Below, in pieces: positions 41,076-51,949 of a DNA stretch of 64,000 nucleotides; position 1 is the first letter of the stretch, and each line of letters begins with the position of its first letter. The stretch lies in the IMG/VR virus record IMGVR_UViG_3300046168_000085, positions 16,389 to 80,388 of that record. One strand, written 5' to 3'. The translations under genes and the position numbers were made by a program. Below the pieces are notes generated by a model. That model was not told the DNA's origin, searched no databases, and was given only the letters and a program-made list of their open reading frames with translations. This stretch comes from a virus.

Positions 41076-41835
41076 TTAACTTTTTTTGACTATTCTTTCC
41101 TTAGAAATTCGCACGGCATCAGCATTAATATCACATCCTATAAAGTTGCGATTCAACGACTTGGCAACTGCAAATGTAGTTCCACTACCGCAATAAAAAT
41201 CTGCAACTACATCATTTTCATTGCTACTTGCTTTGATGATTCTTTCTAAAATCTTAGGATGTTTCTCACTATAATAGTCAGTTGCTTTTTTAACTTTTAA
41301 TCCTGACGGAATATCATCCCAAACATTTGTAGGTATCGTTCCGATTTTTAATTTCTCTTCGGTTATGTTTGGTCTATCTTGTTTTTTGCTGATAACTGAC
41401 TTGTATGGAACTCTTATATCAAGGTCATTAAAAATAAATTCATCCGACTTTGTATACACTATAATGTAATCGTGTTTTTTTGCAAACTCTCGTTTACCCC
41501 TTCCACCGATATTAAATTTTACTACAATCTGATTTCTGAAATTTTCGTATCCAAACACATTATCCATTAAAACTCGTATCCAATGAACTATACGTAAATC
41601 CATTTGCAAATAAATCGTTCCATTAGATTTTAATACTCGTTTCATTTCATGTAAACGAGGAACATAGTGGGATAGAATCGTGTTGTGGTCAGTTTCTAAA
41701 TCCTGATAATCTTTAAACTTTTTACCCGTTCCCGTACAAAACATCACAATAAATTAAATTTATAGACTCGGTATCTATTCTACCAAGTAACTCTAAATTG
41801 TCCAAGTGATATATTTGATTTGTGTTTGGATTCAC
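41076..41835 (-). CDS. Beta-class amino DNA methyltransferase with atypical motif IV (indel near 41732)
   Basis: IYHLDNLELL...INLIYCDVLYGTG (restored), KHPKILERII, VADFYCGSGTT, FIGCDIN. Confidence 0.85.
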
Positions 41836-43405
41836 CTATCAAATTTTATTACCTCGTATCGTTTCATTTCTCCGTTGTTGTAACGATACCTAACCTCTAC
41901 TTCAACGATTTCTTTTCTGTCACCATATCCTTCACTCTCTACATCGTAAGTTAGTATATTGATAGGTTTTTTCATAATCTCATGCAGATATGCCATTGTA
42001 CCCTGAAGCATATTTTATGTCAAGTGGTCGGCCATCAAAATCATGTCTAAGAAGAATTTCAGTATTTTTATACTTCATATTTTCCATATAATAAACAGGT
42101 CTACCCATATTGACGTGTCGTTCAACTAACTTTTCTTTTATTTTTTTGTGGTCTTTACTAACAACTACATATTTGTTGGTTGATTTATCAAGTGCATATT
42201 CAAAGTATTCATACTTTTCACAAAAGTCACGTGTAAAAAATTCATTAAGAAATGTTACATCATTGTACAATTCACGAACTTCAAAAAGTTTTTCACGACC
42301 AAGACCGAGATGTTTATTCCAATATCTTTTTTCGTCTCCGTTGTCGCAATTTTCATATTCTTTCCCAAACTTTCCTTTATCCCATCTATCTTCAATGTCA
42401 CGCAATAAAGTGTTTCCTAGTTTATATGGATTGTTCATATTGTATTTTCCACCAAGAACTCCTGCGTGGTGTTTTGCATAATCAAAAATTCCTTCGTCTC
42501 CTGCAAAGTTACAACTTGCCATAATAAATGAATCCCAATAACTTGCCCAACCTTCGTTGAGAACTTTCGTCATTCCCTGTGGACGATAGTAAATAGATTC
42601 ATCACGAATCATACTAAGAATATTTTGTTGCCAAGGTTCTAAACGACAATGATTAATAATCATTAGCATAATATCACGTTCAGGTCGTAAAGGGAATTTG
42701 TTTTCTGCTAACTTTGTACGTTCTTCTCTGTCTCGTCTTTGCTTTTCAATATAATGAGGAGGATTAACATATTTGTCCATGTACTCTTTAGTATCTAAAC
42801 GAGAAACGTGTTCACGTGGTTGACGGTCTTCAAAGTTGAATTTAGTTGCTTTCTTTAAATTACTTTCACGATAACAAAGTGATGGATCAATTAAATCATC
42901 AATTGCAAGAGCCCGCATTCAAAAAGTCTTTAACTTTTTTGCGGCCGAAACGATCCATATACATACGAATTTTATCACTATGATTTGCCATCACATTCAT
43001 CATATTACGATTCGTGTGTTTGAACATAATATTATTCTTGAAGAAATCACTATGTGCAGTTGCGTGTGCAACAACAGTTAGATTATCAACGATAGGATTG
43101 TTTCGTTGAAGGTACATATAAGTTGGATCGGTATTTACAACCATCTCATAAATCTTACCCATACCAGAATGATACTGATGATGCAAGTTGCTCAAATTGT
43201 TGTCCGAAATTAAATGTGGATAACGAACAGGAAATCCACCATACGCCGCAATCTCAACTATTTCGTCAGCATCAAATTCTTCAATGCACAACGGATATGG
43301 ATCAAGTCCATTATCATAACACGCCTTTAGGCATTCAGGTATAAGAGCAGCCAATTCTGGACACACTCCTTCGTTTAAACTATCTACTTCCCATGCAATT
43401 CCCAT
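41832..43405 (-). CDS. spoVR: SpoVR / YcgB family protein, split by indels
   Basis: AAYGGFPVRYPH, KIYEMVVN.DP, VVAHA.AHSDFFKNN, PERDIM, LEPWQ, YYRPQGMTKVLNEGWASYW, NPYKLG. Confidence 0.92.
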
Positions 43406-43409
43406 AATA

Positions 43410-44565
43410 TTAAAAAGGTACTTCTTCTTCAGCAGGTGTTAACAACTTCTGAAGTGTTCTGAATACGTCGGAGTTGCTATCCAACGACGCGGTTACTATT
43501 GTTTTTGGATCAAGTTCACCACTTGATAATTGTGATTCAATGTGTGGAAGAAATGTTGCCCAACTTCTTACTGCTTTAACTTCTGTTATTCCTATTAAGA
43601 TTTGCATATGTTTGCATTTTTGTTAAATAATCAACACACAAATCATTATCAGAACCAAAGTTTTCTCCATCACTTAAATAAAATACATAAATGTTCCATT
43701 CGTTCAATGGAAATGCTTTTTCTACAATATCGTTGACTAAATGAAATGCACTACTAATTTGTGTTCCACCTCCACTTTTGTATTTGTAAAACTTTTCTTG
43801 ATCAACTTCTTGAGCATGATGATCGTGTACAATATATTTTACTTGAGTTTCTTGATAAAATCGTTGAACCCAGTTATCAAGATACCAACATAGTTCACGA
43901 ATCAATGCACGTTTTGGTTCGTCCATACTTGCAGAGATGTCTGATACAAAAAATATGGCTGCATTCGTATCAGGTACTTCAACTGAACTCCAACTTCTAA
44001 ATTCTTTATCATCTTTAATTGGATAAAAGTTGGATAAATCTTCTGGATTGTAATCTTCCGATGAAATTAATCGTTTGAAAGCATTTTTGAGTGTTTTTCT
44101 TTTATGCAATAAACTATTATTACCAACCTTAGCAATCCGATTCCATTTGATTTTTTCTTTTACCATTTCTCCATTGTCTTTTGGTTTTAGATTTGGTAAT
44201 TGAAGTTCTTCTCCGATCATATCAAAATAGGCATCCATACTGATTCCGACATCTATTTCATGCCCATCACCTTCTCCTTCACCACCTTCACCTGGCTGAG
44301 ATCCTTGTCCTCCTTGTTGTTGAGGTCCTTCTCCTACCTCATCACCTACATCTGCTTCACCGTTACCAATCCCACTCCCATCAGAAGGCTGTCCATATCG
44401 GAAACTTGGTAACTCTACATGAGGAACTTTTACTACAACAAAGTCCTTTCCTCTTCTGGAAATTCTTTGTCCACTCTTAATGTGCTTTTTAAGTTTATCG
44501 TCAACATTTCCTTTAACGATATCCCTATATTCACCGTGGTCTTCTCTGATTCTACGAGATGGCAT
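43410..44565 (-). CDS. yeaH: YeaH/YhbH (DUF444) VWA-like protein (indel near 43597)
   Basis: P.FRYG, Gly-rich linker, EELQLPNLKPK, DISASM, FY...SGGGTQISSA, WNIYVFYLSDGEN. Confidence 0.9.
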
Positions 44566-44585
44566 AATGATGTATCCCTTGACTA

Positions 44586-46685
44586 TTAATCTTCGTCTTC
44601 GTCTGCATCACCCTCTGCAAAAATACTTCCAACATATGTAAGAACATCTGAAGCACTATCTTCATCATATCCAAACGAAGTAATAAGACGTTGCTTCAAT
44701 GCATCAATCTTTTCAAGAAGTTCCTTGTCAACAACAGTTGCAGTATCTTGTGCAAGAGCAGATAACTTGATGCTATCTTTAGTATCTTCAAACAACTTCT
44801 TTTCAAGTGCTTTGTAAAGTTGCTCGTTTGAGTCATACTTAAACTCTTTACCCTTAGCGGCAAGTCCACCCATATAGTTCATAATTTCTCTACGGAAATC
44901 GTCTTTCATACCATTGGAAATGCCAATCTTTTCTTCAATACTACGCATAAGTTGTTCATTGGCAACTTCTTCTTTACCTGTAACTTGATTTGTAACTTTT
45001 TCGTCTTGAATATAAGCAACAATGTTATCAATGTAGTTGGTGCAAGTTGCTTTTATTGCTTCTTCACTGCTACTAAGTGCTTGTTGAACTTCTCGTTTCA
45101 CGATTCTGTCATATTCCTTTTCTACGAGTTCAAGTCGTTCCATCAAATTCTTTTTGTCATCTTCACTATTGAATCCACTATAACTTTTAAGTCCTTCACG
45201 AATTTGTGCAAACAACATAAATGGATTCAAACTTTTTGCACCCATTCTTGGATTTACAATTGCGTTGGAAAATTGATTCTGAATAAATCTTGCGGATACT
45301 CCACCATATAATCCTTCTTTTGGTGATTCATCTTGCATTTCTTTCACGTGTTCATCTGTGAATCCGTGTACACTTTGACCATTGTAAAGTTTTGCTTTTT
45401 GAATGATGCTCATATCTTGCTTGGAACTTTCTTCTAAACGACTTACAACTGCGAATAACGCAGCCAGATAAGTTGTATGAGGAGCAATATGCTTATTAAC
45501 AGTTGTACCATTATAGAAGTGATCATAAATCTTTTTCTCTTCATCAATTTTCAAAAGATAAGGAATATCAATCTTGATGGTTCTATCACGAAGTGCTTCC
45601 ATAAATTTATTGTTAGTTAACTTTTCAAACTCAGCATTATTGGTATGCCCAAGAATAACTTCATCAATTGGTACCTGATTAAAACGACGTGGTTTGACAC
45701 GATGCTCTTGGGTTGCACCAAGTAAATCGTACAAAAATTCAGTTTGTAACTTAAGAATCTCTTGAAATTCAATCAAACCACGATTAGATACTAGGAATTC
45801 TCCGTCAAAATCAAATGCACGGGGGTCACTTTCACTACCATATTCTGCTAACTTACGATAATTAATATCACCAGTAAGTTCGGTTGCATCTTGTGATTTC
45901 TCATCCTTTGGTTGGAATGTTCCGATACCTACACGATTCTTTTCCGACAAAACAACTCTTCTAACAACAATGTGATCAAGAACCTTGCGGTAATCCCCCC
46001 CATGCATTTCCATTAATTGGTTGTAATAAAATTCATTAACAGGATTTAATGCTCCATCTAATTTTAATTTATATGCATCCTCAGATAAATTTTTATTCAA
46101 ATTAGATATAATTTTATTACGAACTTTTCTTGGTAAAAGTTTTAATGGCTCTTCATTCATCGGACAATTGACAAGAACATCGTTACCATCTTTATCAGAA
46201 ACCCTCCAACTAAAGGAATATAAAGCACCTTCATCGGTTTTTGTATATTCTTCTAATCCTTTTTTCAATGCTGTAACGATTGTAGACTTGCTACTACCAA
46301 CGGGTCCGTGAAGAAGAATAACACGTCTTTCTGGACCATAGTGACGACTTGCACTTTTAAGAATATCCATGAACTCCATTAAACTCTCTTCTAAACCATA
46401 AATTGAAATATCTCCAAGGCCTTCAAAAAATTTATATTTTACATACTTTCTCTTGCAATATGTGAACTCGTCAGTTCCATGAGAAATTACCATATCATAT
46501 AATCGTTGATATGAATTTCGTGCAATTGTGGGACTCTCTTCCACCAATTTAATATAATCCCAAAAGGTTCCTGTCCAATTTAAAGATTTGTATGTTTCAA
46601 TTGCATCATCATTGTCACATCTTATCAATGATTCAAGTGCAGAATTTTCCGTGTTAGTTTCTTTTTGTCGTTTTTTATTTTCCAT
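44586..46685 (-). CDS. prkA: PrkA / YeaG family AAA+ serine protein kinase/ATPase
   Basis: LLHGPVGSSKS, CPMNEEPL, GIGTFQPKDEKSQDATELTG, DPRAFDFDGE, NRGLIEF, EALRDR, HIAPHT. Confidence 0.93.
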   Translation of the reverse strand: MENKKRQKETNTENSALESLIRCDNDDAIETYKSLNWTGTFWDYIKLVEESPTIARNSYQRLYDMVISHGTDEFTYCKRKYVKYKFFEGLGDISIYGLEESLMEFMDILKSASRHYGPERRVILLHGPVGSSKSTIVTALKKGLEEYTKTDEGALYSFSWRVSDKDGNDVLVNCPMNEEPLKLLPRKVRNKIISNLNKNLSEDAYKLKLDGALNPVNEFYYNQLMEMHGGDYRKVLDHIVVRRVVLSEKNRVGIGTFQPKDEKSQDATELTGDINYRKLAEYGSESDPRAFDFDGEFLVSNRGLIEFQEILKLQTEFLYDLLGATQEHRVKPRRFNQVPIDEVILGHTNNAEFEKLTNNKFMEALRDRTIKIDIPYLLKIDEEKKIYDHFYNGTTVNKHIAPHTTYLAALFAVVSRLEESSKQDMSIIQKAKLYNGQSVHGFTDEHVKEMQDESPKEGLYGGVSARFIQNQFSNAIVNPRMGAKSLNPFMLFAQIREGLKSYSGFNSEDDKKNLMERLELVEKEYDRIVKREVQQALSSSEEAIKATCTNYIDNIVAYIQDEKVTNQVTGKEEVANEQLMRSIEEKIGISNGMKDDFRREIMNYMGGLAAKGKEFKYDSNEQLYKALEKKLFEDTKDSIKLSALAQDTATVVDKELLEKIDALKQRLITSFGYDEDSASDVLTYVGSIFAEGDADEDED

Positions 46686-46692
46686 AACCATT

Positions 46693-46721
46693 ACCTTATA
46701 TTTTTTTTGTTAGTGAGTCAA
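46693..46721 (-). promoter_or_regulatory. sigma70-type promoter for prkA-yeaH-spoVR (leaderless geometry)
   Basis: TTGACT-N17-TAAGGT, then 7 nt, then ATG at 46685. Confidence 0.55.
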
Positions 46722-46729
46722 ATATTAAA

Positions 46730-47140
46730 TCAAATTTTAACAATTTTAAAAAGTTTTGTATAAACAAACTTACATGATTCGTCTGAGTTTGTCAATAAAA
46801 TGCAATTCTTATAATCACTCCAATTTACTTTATAGAATGGATTATCTATTCCATTATTTAAAGTTCTAATTAATGAATTTAATGAATTTATAGTATACAA
46901 TGTATTACTGTCTTTTTTTCTGTGAACGCTAATTGTATCCATATAAAAATTATTTATATTTATATTACTTTTATTTACATTGTATGTCAACATCAATGAA
47001 TCTAGATTATCCATGTCGTGTAATACATATACTTTTCCAAACACTACTTCATAATGTGTCTGAATATTCTTGATATCAAGATCATACCTTTTAATATTTG
47101 AAAAGGTGCATAATAATTGAGCATTAATTTTTGTAACCAT
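46730..47140 (-). CDS. Conserved hypothetical large-phage protein
   Basis: LLCTF...TYNV...VHRKKDSNTLYTINSLN...W..YKNCILL. Confidence 0.7.
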   Translation of the reverse strand: MVTKINAQLLCTFSNIKRYDLDIKNIQTHYEVVFGKVYVLHDMDNLDSLMLTYNVNKSNININNFYMDTISVHRKKDSNTLYTINSLNSLIRTLNNGIDNPFYKVNWSDYKNCILLTNSDESCKFVYTKLFKIVKI

Positions 47141-47171
47141 TTATATTACAGATAAATATGCAAAAAAAAAC

Positions 47172-48470
47172 TCAAACATTAAATTCTACCATGTCACCAT
47201 AATTTGCTCCTACATAAGTTTTTACTGGAAACTTATCATCAGGATTCATAATTTTAACTAAATCTTTTAGTAAAAGAAACTCTTCTTTAGGTAAATCAAA
47301 TAAAAAAGCATCGTAAGTATATAATATACATTTTGTTTTTTTATTATCTAAGAAATTATTAAGACTCATTAAAATTTTACAATTTCGTTCTGTCTCAGCA
47401 GCCTGTAATAGATAATTAAATACCACATATGGTTTTTCTTTTTCACGAAATAAGCATGAGTTAAGTCTTCGTTTATAGTACCAAGTCTCGACATATTTAT
47501 TTTTATTATATTTAGACCATGTAGTTTCCACAAAATCCGATACTTCCTTCATAAAAGGAACATTATTTTTTATGTCATCATCAATTCCACCGTATATTAA
47601 ATTGAATGTAATTTTTTTTGATAGTGAGTATTCTTCTTCAGAAAGATTTGATTTTCCGTAGTATAACTGACCAAGATACTCATGCACAGATGTATCTGGT
47701 AGTTTAAAATTTATATAATTTCCAAATAATCTAAGATGATAACTTTCGTAATCCATCATAATAATTGCTCCATCAGAATAACGACTTGTAAAGCAATCTC
47801 TCTGACCTTCAGATTTATTTAAGGCTGCGTAATTGACATTCCCAAATCTATTGCTAGGTCTAGATGTAGGTGTGAACATATTGTATTGCGAATGAACTAA
47901 ATTATCTGCGTTGACCAATGATAAATCACCCAAATTAAATTCGTGTGTGTATAATCCATTTTTTTCAATTTCAAACAAAGCATCGGTAAAATCTTTTTCA
48001 AAATGAAATGTGGAATCTTCAATTTGAGTGGTTGTAATTTGGTATAAAATATTTTTCAAGGTATCGTTGAACTTTTTTAAAATCATCATAATCGGAACTG
48101 ATCTTATGTCACGACTTTTAAACTTATTATATGAAATTGTTGTAAGTGTATTTGAGTAAATGCACCAACCAATGTCTTTACAATTTTTAAAATTGACATG
48201 GTACAAACTACTTTTTCTATCAATTATGTATTTAATTGAATTTGTATCTTGAATCAATTTAAGTATCGAACAATCAATATTTACACAATCAGGATGATTA
48301 AATGAAATTACAAATGTTTGTTTTGTTTCAATGTGATGTATGATAAGTACAACGGGTGAATCATTGGCTGAGTGTATTGTATCGTTATCAATAAATTGTA
48401 TAAAGCAACTACCTGCTTGAAGTGTATTTATTGCATATTTGACGGAATCGGTTGACTCTAGGAAGATCAT
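47172..48470 (-). CDS. Truncated family A DNA polymerase
   Basis: T.TSRPSN, motif A DYESYHLRL, motif B KKITFNLIYG, NYLLQA.ET, motif C-like LYTYDAFLFD. Confidence 0.8.
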   Translation of the reverse strand: MIFLESTDSVKYAINTLQAGSCFIQFIDNDTIHSANDSPVVLIIHHIETKQTFVISFNHPDCVNIDCSILKLIQDTNSIKYIIDRKSSLYHVNFKNCKDIGWCIYSNTLTTISYNKFKSRDIRSVPIMMILKKFNDTLKNILYQITTTQIEDSTFHFEKDFTDALFEIEKNGLYTHEFNLGDLSLVNADNLVHSQYNMFTPTSRPSNRFGNVNYAALNKSEGQRDCFTSRYSDGAIIMMDYESYHLRLFGNYINFKLPDTSVHEYLGQLYYGKSNLSEEEYSLSKKITFNLIYGGIDDDIKNNVPFMKEVSDFVETTWSKYNKNKYVETWYYKRRLNSCLFREKEKPYVVFNYLLQAAETERNCKILMSLNNFLDNKKTKCILYTYDAFLFDLPKEEFLLLKDLVKIMNPDDKFPVKTYVGANYGDMVEFNV

Positions 48471-48477
48471 ATCACCG

Positions 48478-48506
48478 ATTTTAGAATATAACACTTAGCA
48501 CGTCAA
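48478..48506 (-). promoter_or_regulatory. sigma70-type promoter for the polymerase gene (leaderless geometry)
   Basis: TTGACG-N17-TAAAAT, then 7 nt, then ATG at 48470. Confidence 0.65.
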
Positions 48507-48943
48507 TCTTTTTTATAAAATTCCATTGGGTTTTTTATCCCAATTCTAAGATTTTTTTGTTCTTTTGCTAGTTCTAATTGCCTTTCATTGAATGGAATCA
48601 CACCTTGGTATTGTAATATCCCCTCGTCATATTGGTCGTATAGGGAACCGGTAATTTTCCAAGCAATATATGTGCAAGTGTAAAATGGTGACACATTAGC
48701 ATTCTCAAAATACTCTTCTTTTGAAATTTCAATTGGTGTGGCATTTATATTATTAGACTTTCTTGTAAAATATCTAAAAAACATTCCTTTATTGTAATCA
48801 TCTTCAATTAGATTTGGATAATATGCAGATGGAATATACTGGTAAATACTCTTAGAAAAATTTGCTTTAGAACCTGCCAGTAACTTATATGTTTGTTCTG
48901 TAACATACTTTTCTAATTTTCTATCAACCGAATCTTCCATCAT
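48503..48943 (-). CDS. Hypothetical protein in the baseplate module
   Basis: Translationally coupled to 48940..51948; DY.KG.F.RYF...WKITG pattern. Confidence 0.6.
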   Translation of the reverse strand: MMEDSVDRKLEKYVTEQTYKLLAGSKANFSKSIYQYIPSAYYPNLIEDDYNKGMFFRYFTRKSNNINATPIEISKEEYFENANVSPFYTCTYIAWKITGSLYDQYDEGILQYQGVIPFNERQLELAKEQKNLRIGIKNPMEFYKKD

Positions 48944-51900
48944 TCATTCTCACGTGAATTAGTATCAACTGCATTTGGACAAAATTGTGCTGTCAAACTT
49001 GTAGACCAATCATTATTAGATAAACTGTGTTTTATATTTGTAACTCTCCACAATCCATTCATATAATACTTAGTTGGTACACCTGTACAATTAAACATAT
49101 CCCACAACCGTATTCCCTCAATTCCATCCAGTTCAAGTGATAATTCAATTGTATCAAGTGGCATATTGTATTTGATGCAATTTTTTGGATTTTTATCTTT
49201 AGTAGTTCTACGTTGTGCTCTACCCTGATTTGGTTCTACAAATTCTACGTCAACAACATATGTATCTGAAAATGTGTTTCTGTTATCGTCAAAAACCGAA
49301 GCATTAAATTGATTCTCATCGTTAATTGAAACACCTTCCAAAGTTTTAACATTTTCATCGATGTCTACTTCAATCCCCACGATAAATTTTGAAGCATCTG
49401 CAATTTCGGTTTCTTTTTTTTCTTTATCAGCTGATAAGGTACCTGCGTCTTTACTTGATATTCTCGCTCGTTTTAAAATTCTGTCACTTTGACCACGTGC
49501 ATAAAACGCAGAGTCAGGATCCGTGGGGTTACTGAATAATACTTGACCTGCAATGTCTCCAGTTATACTTACATCTGTGTTCATACTTCTTACGATACTA
49601 TTTTTTTTATGAGCATGAAATATAAATGCCTTTTTTTTCTTTTGAATGTCATATATGTTGTTTGAAGTGAATTTTCTGTCTATTATTTTTGTGACACAAT
49701 TTGATGAGTCGTTTGGGTCGTCACCCACTAAGTCAAAATCCCAAATTCCACCAGATGCGTTACTCATTTTTTGTAATATTGTTTTTAACATTGCGTGAGC
49801 TGTGAAATCTGATTTTACTGCATCTTTAATCACTTCATAGTTAACATATAAATCTTGTATTCTTCCAGAGTATCCTTCACTGCTTATTCCATTATCCTCG
49901 TCTAAATCTTCATAATCTGGAAAAGGTCTTATTGGAAAATCTCGTTCATGTGACCAGTGACGGTGTAAGGTCATCAATCTATGTAGATCATCACGTGGAG
50001 ACTTTTCAAGTGCTTCTTCTAGTGTTCTTATATTAGCAATGCCACTTTCTGATTTGACTGCTCCAATGAATGCATTTCTTGCCTGCGAATATTTTTTTTC
50101 TTTATCAGAGTCCGTAAACTTGTTATATATCACAGATTTATTTAATGGTTGACTTGAATCATCAAATCCGGCAATTCCAATAGTAGAATTTTTAAAGTTT
50201 TTAGTATTTGTTCTAGGTGACATTGCATTTGGTATAAGTAAAACGTTTCCATCTAATGATTTTATATTTGGATGAGCAACGCATCGTGAATTTGTTACAT
50301 CAAATTTAAAAACCGTTGCATTTGTGTCCTCAGACTCACGTGCAAAATAAGCATTAAAAATATCTATTAACCACCCAAATGTTATATATTTACCATCATC
50401 GGTTGAATTTGCCATATATTGTTTATTATCATCTACATTGATATCCCACTTACCTGAATATCCAAAACTAAAATATCTACCGTTTCCTTTAAGTAAGCCA
50501 AACATATTATTTGTATATGTGTTATATGAACTTGTAAAATCCGCAAGTGGATTTCCGATTCCAAGAAAATGATCATCTGGATTCTCATCTTGTTCTTCGA
50601 TAGTTTCAAGTAAATAGGTATCTACATACTTAAATAAGTCTATTATATTTTTATCATCGCTTACAACTTCACCCTCTGTCTCTTCATCGGTACCTGCGGA
50701 CGATGATGCGGAGTTTTCTAACTGACTCATTAGATAAGATACACTTGTAATTTCAACACTACAATCATATCCACCGTCGTCTCTTAAAGAATAATTAAAA
50801 TTTGAAATCATCCCTAATACAAATGAATAATTACCACGACCTTTTTTAAGTTGTCGTTTTACAGCAAGTGAGTTATTCCATAAGTTTACAAGACCACTGC
50901 CCTCTTCGTACATATATTCTTGTTCATCATTAAAATTAGATATATTAGGCATAATATAATCAGGATCGGATTGTCTTATAGAATTTACTTTATTTTTTTC
51001 ATCAGATGATAAATCCTTTCCTTTTTTAAATCTTGGAGGTCTTCCAACTTCATCTTGTGCCAATAATACATCTTTCGGAAAAAAATTCCAACCCCATTCT
51101 ACACAAATTGTATTACCTGGTTGAAAAAAATATGGATCGAGATAATCAACCTGACTTCTGCTCCAGGCAACAAACTTGATTGTAGTTTTTTTATGATTAG
51201 TTGCGACTCCCATGTCTTCGGATTCAATATCAGTAATACCCGGTGCAGGACGATGTTTGAAATCTGGTTCAATTAAATAATGTTGTTCTCCAAGTACGTC
51301 ATAACCAAGAATATTTGGAGGAGTTGAGTGATTACCGGCACTTCCAAAACCATAATTTTCATTAAAATTATCAACACCATGCAATATGAAACCCTCTCTT
51401 TTTTTTCCATCTTGATTCAATGCAATACCGTTTGATGTAACACGACACCAGGATGATTTTGGACCACGATATGACTCACGAATTGTTTGTTCTTGACGAA
51501 AGAATTTTTCTATATGAAGTCCAGTTTCTTTTTGACCATTTTTCAAAACATAACTATTTAAAATATTTTGTGATGCTTCCTCACCAAAACTATCATTTGT
51601 ATAATTTAATCCAACATTTCCTTCTCTTCTTATCAATTCGGCACGTACCCAATTTCTAATATGTGTCATTGTTGGATATGCATTATGAGTTCTTTCATCG
51701 TATCCAATAGACTCAGGTTCGTCATCTACCAAAGGAGTTGGATTTATTGACATTAGCTCTGTATTTGCTTCTTCTTTTGTTGCAAATAGTGGTTTGGCAA
51801 CATTTTGAACCGCATCTACTGCATCACCCAGAAAATCTCCAACAGAAGACCCTATCTTATCAAATAAACCACCTTTTGCTGTATCAAACGCATTCTCAAT

Positions 51901-51948
51901 ATTCCCACTGTTCTTGAATGAATTTATTGCTGAATCTAAAAAACCCAT
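48940..51948 (-). CDS. Large baseplate hub / tail structural protein
   Basis: Position after the tail-X-like gene; P.PGITDI, PG.TICVEWGW, GGYDCSVEI, LELDGIEGI, VTNIKHSLS..W.T.L. Confidence 0.65.
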   Translation of the reverse strand: MGFLDSAINSFKNSGNIENAFDTAKGGLFDKIGSSVGDFLGDAVDAVQNVAKPLFATKEEANTELMSINPTPLVDDEPESIGYDERTHNAYPTMTHIRNWVRAELIRREGNVGLNYTNDSFGEEASQNILNSYVLKNGQKETGLHIEKFFRQEQTIRESYRGPKSSWCRVTSNGIALNQDGKKREGFILHGVDNFNENYGFGSAGNHSTPPNILGYDVLGEQHYLIEPDFKHRPAPGITDIESEDMGVATNHKKTTIKFVAWSRSQVDYLDPYFFQPGNTICVEWGWNFFPKDVLLAQDEVGRPPRFKKGKDLSSDEKNKVNSIRQSDPDYIMPNISNFNDEQEYMYEEGSGLVNLWNNSLAVKRQLKKGRGNYSFVLGMISNFNYSLRDDGGYDCSVEITSVSYLMSQLENSASSSAGTDEETEGEVVSDDKNIIDLFKYVDTYLLETIEEQDENPDDHFLGIGNPLADFTSSYNTYTNNMFGLLKGNGRYFSFGYSGKWDINVDDNKQYMANSTDDGKYITFGWLIDIFNAYFARESEDTNATVFKFDVTNSRCVAHPNIKSLDGNVLLIPNAMSPRTNTKNFKNSTIGIAGFDDSSQPLNKSVIYNKFTDSDKEKKYSQARNAFIGAVKSESGIANIRTLEEALEKSPRDDLHRLMTLHRHWSHERDFPIRPFPDYEDLDEDNGISSEGYSGRIQDLYVNYEVIKDAVKSDFTAHAMLKTILQKMSNASGGIWDFDLVGDDPNDSSNCVTKIIDRKFTSNNIYDIQKKKKAFIFHAHKKNSIVRSMNTDVSITGDIAGQVLFSNPTDPDSAFYARGQSDRILKRARISSKDAGTLSADKEKKETEIADASKFIVGIEVDIDENVKTLEGVSINDENQFNASVFDDNRNTFSDTYVVDVEFVEPNQGRAQRRTTKDKNPKNCIKYNMPLDTIELSLELDGIEGIRLWDMFNCTGVPTKYYMNGLWRVTNIKHSLSNNDWSTSLTAQFCPNAVDTNSRENE

Positions 51949-51949
51949 A

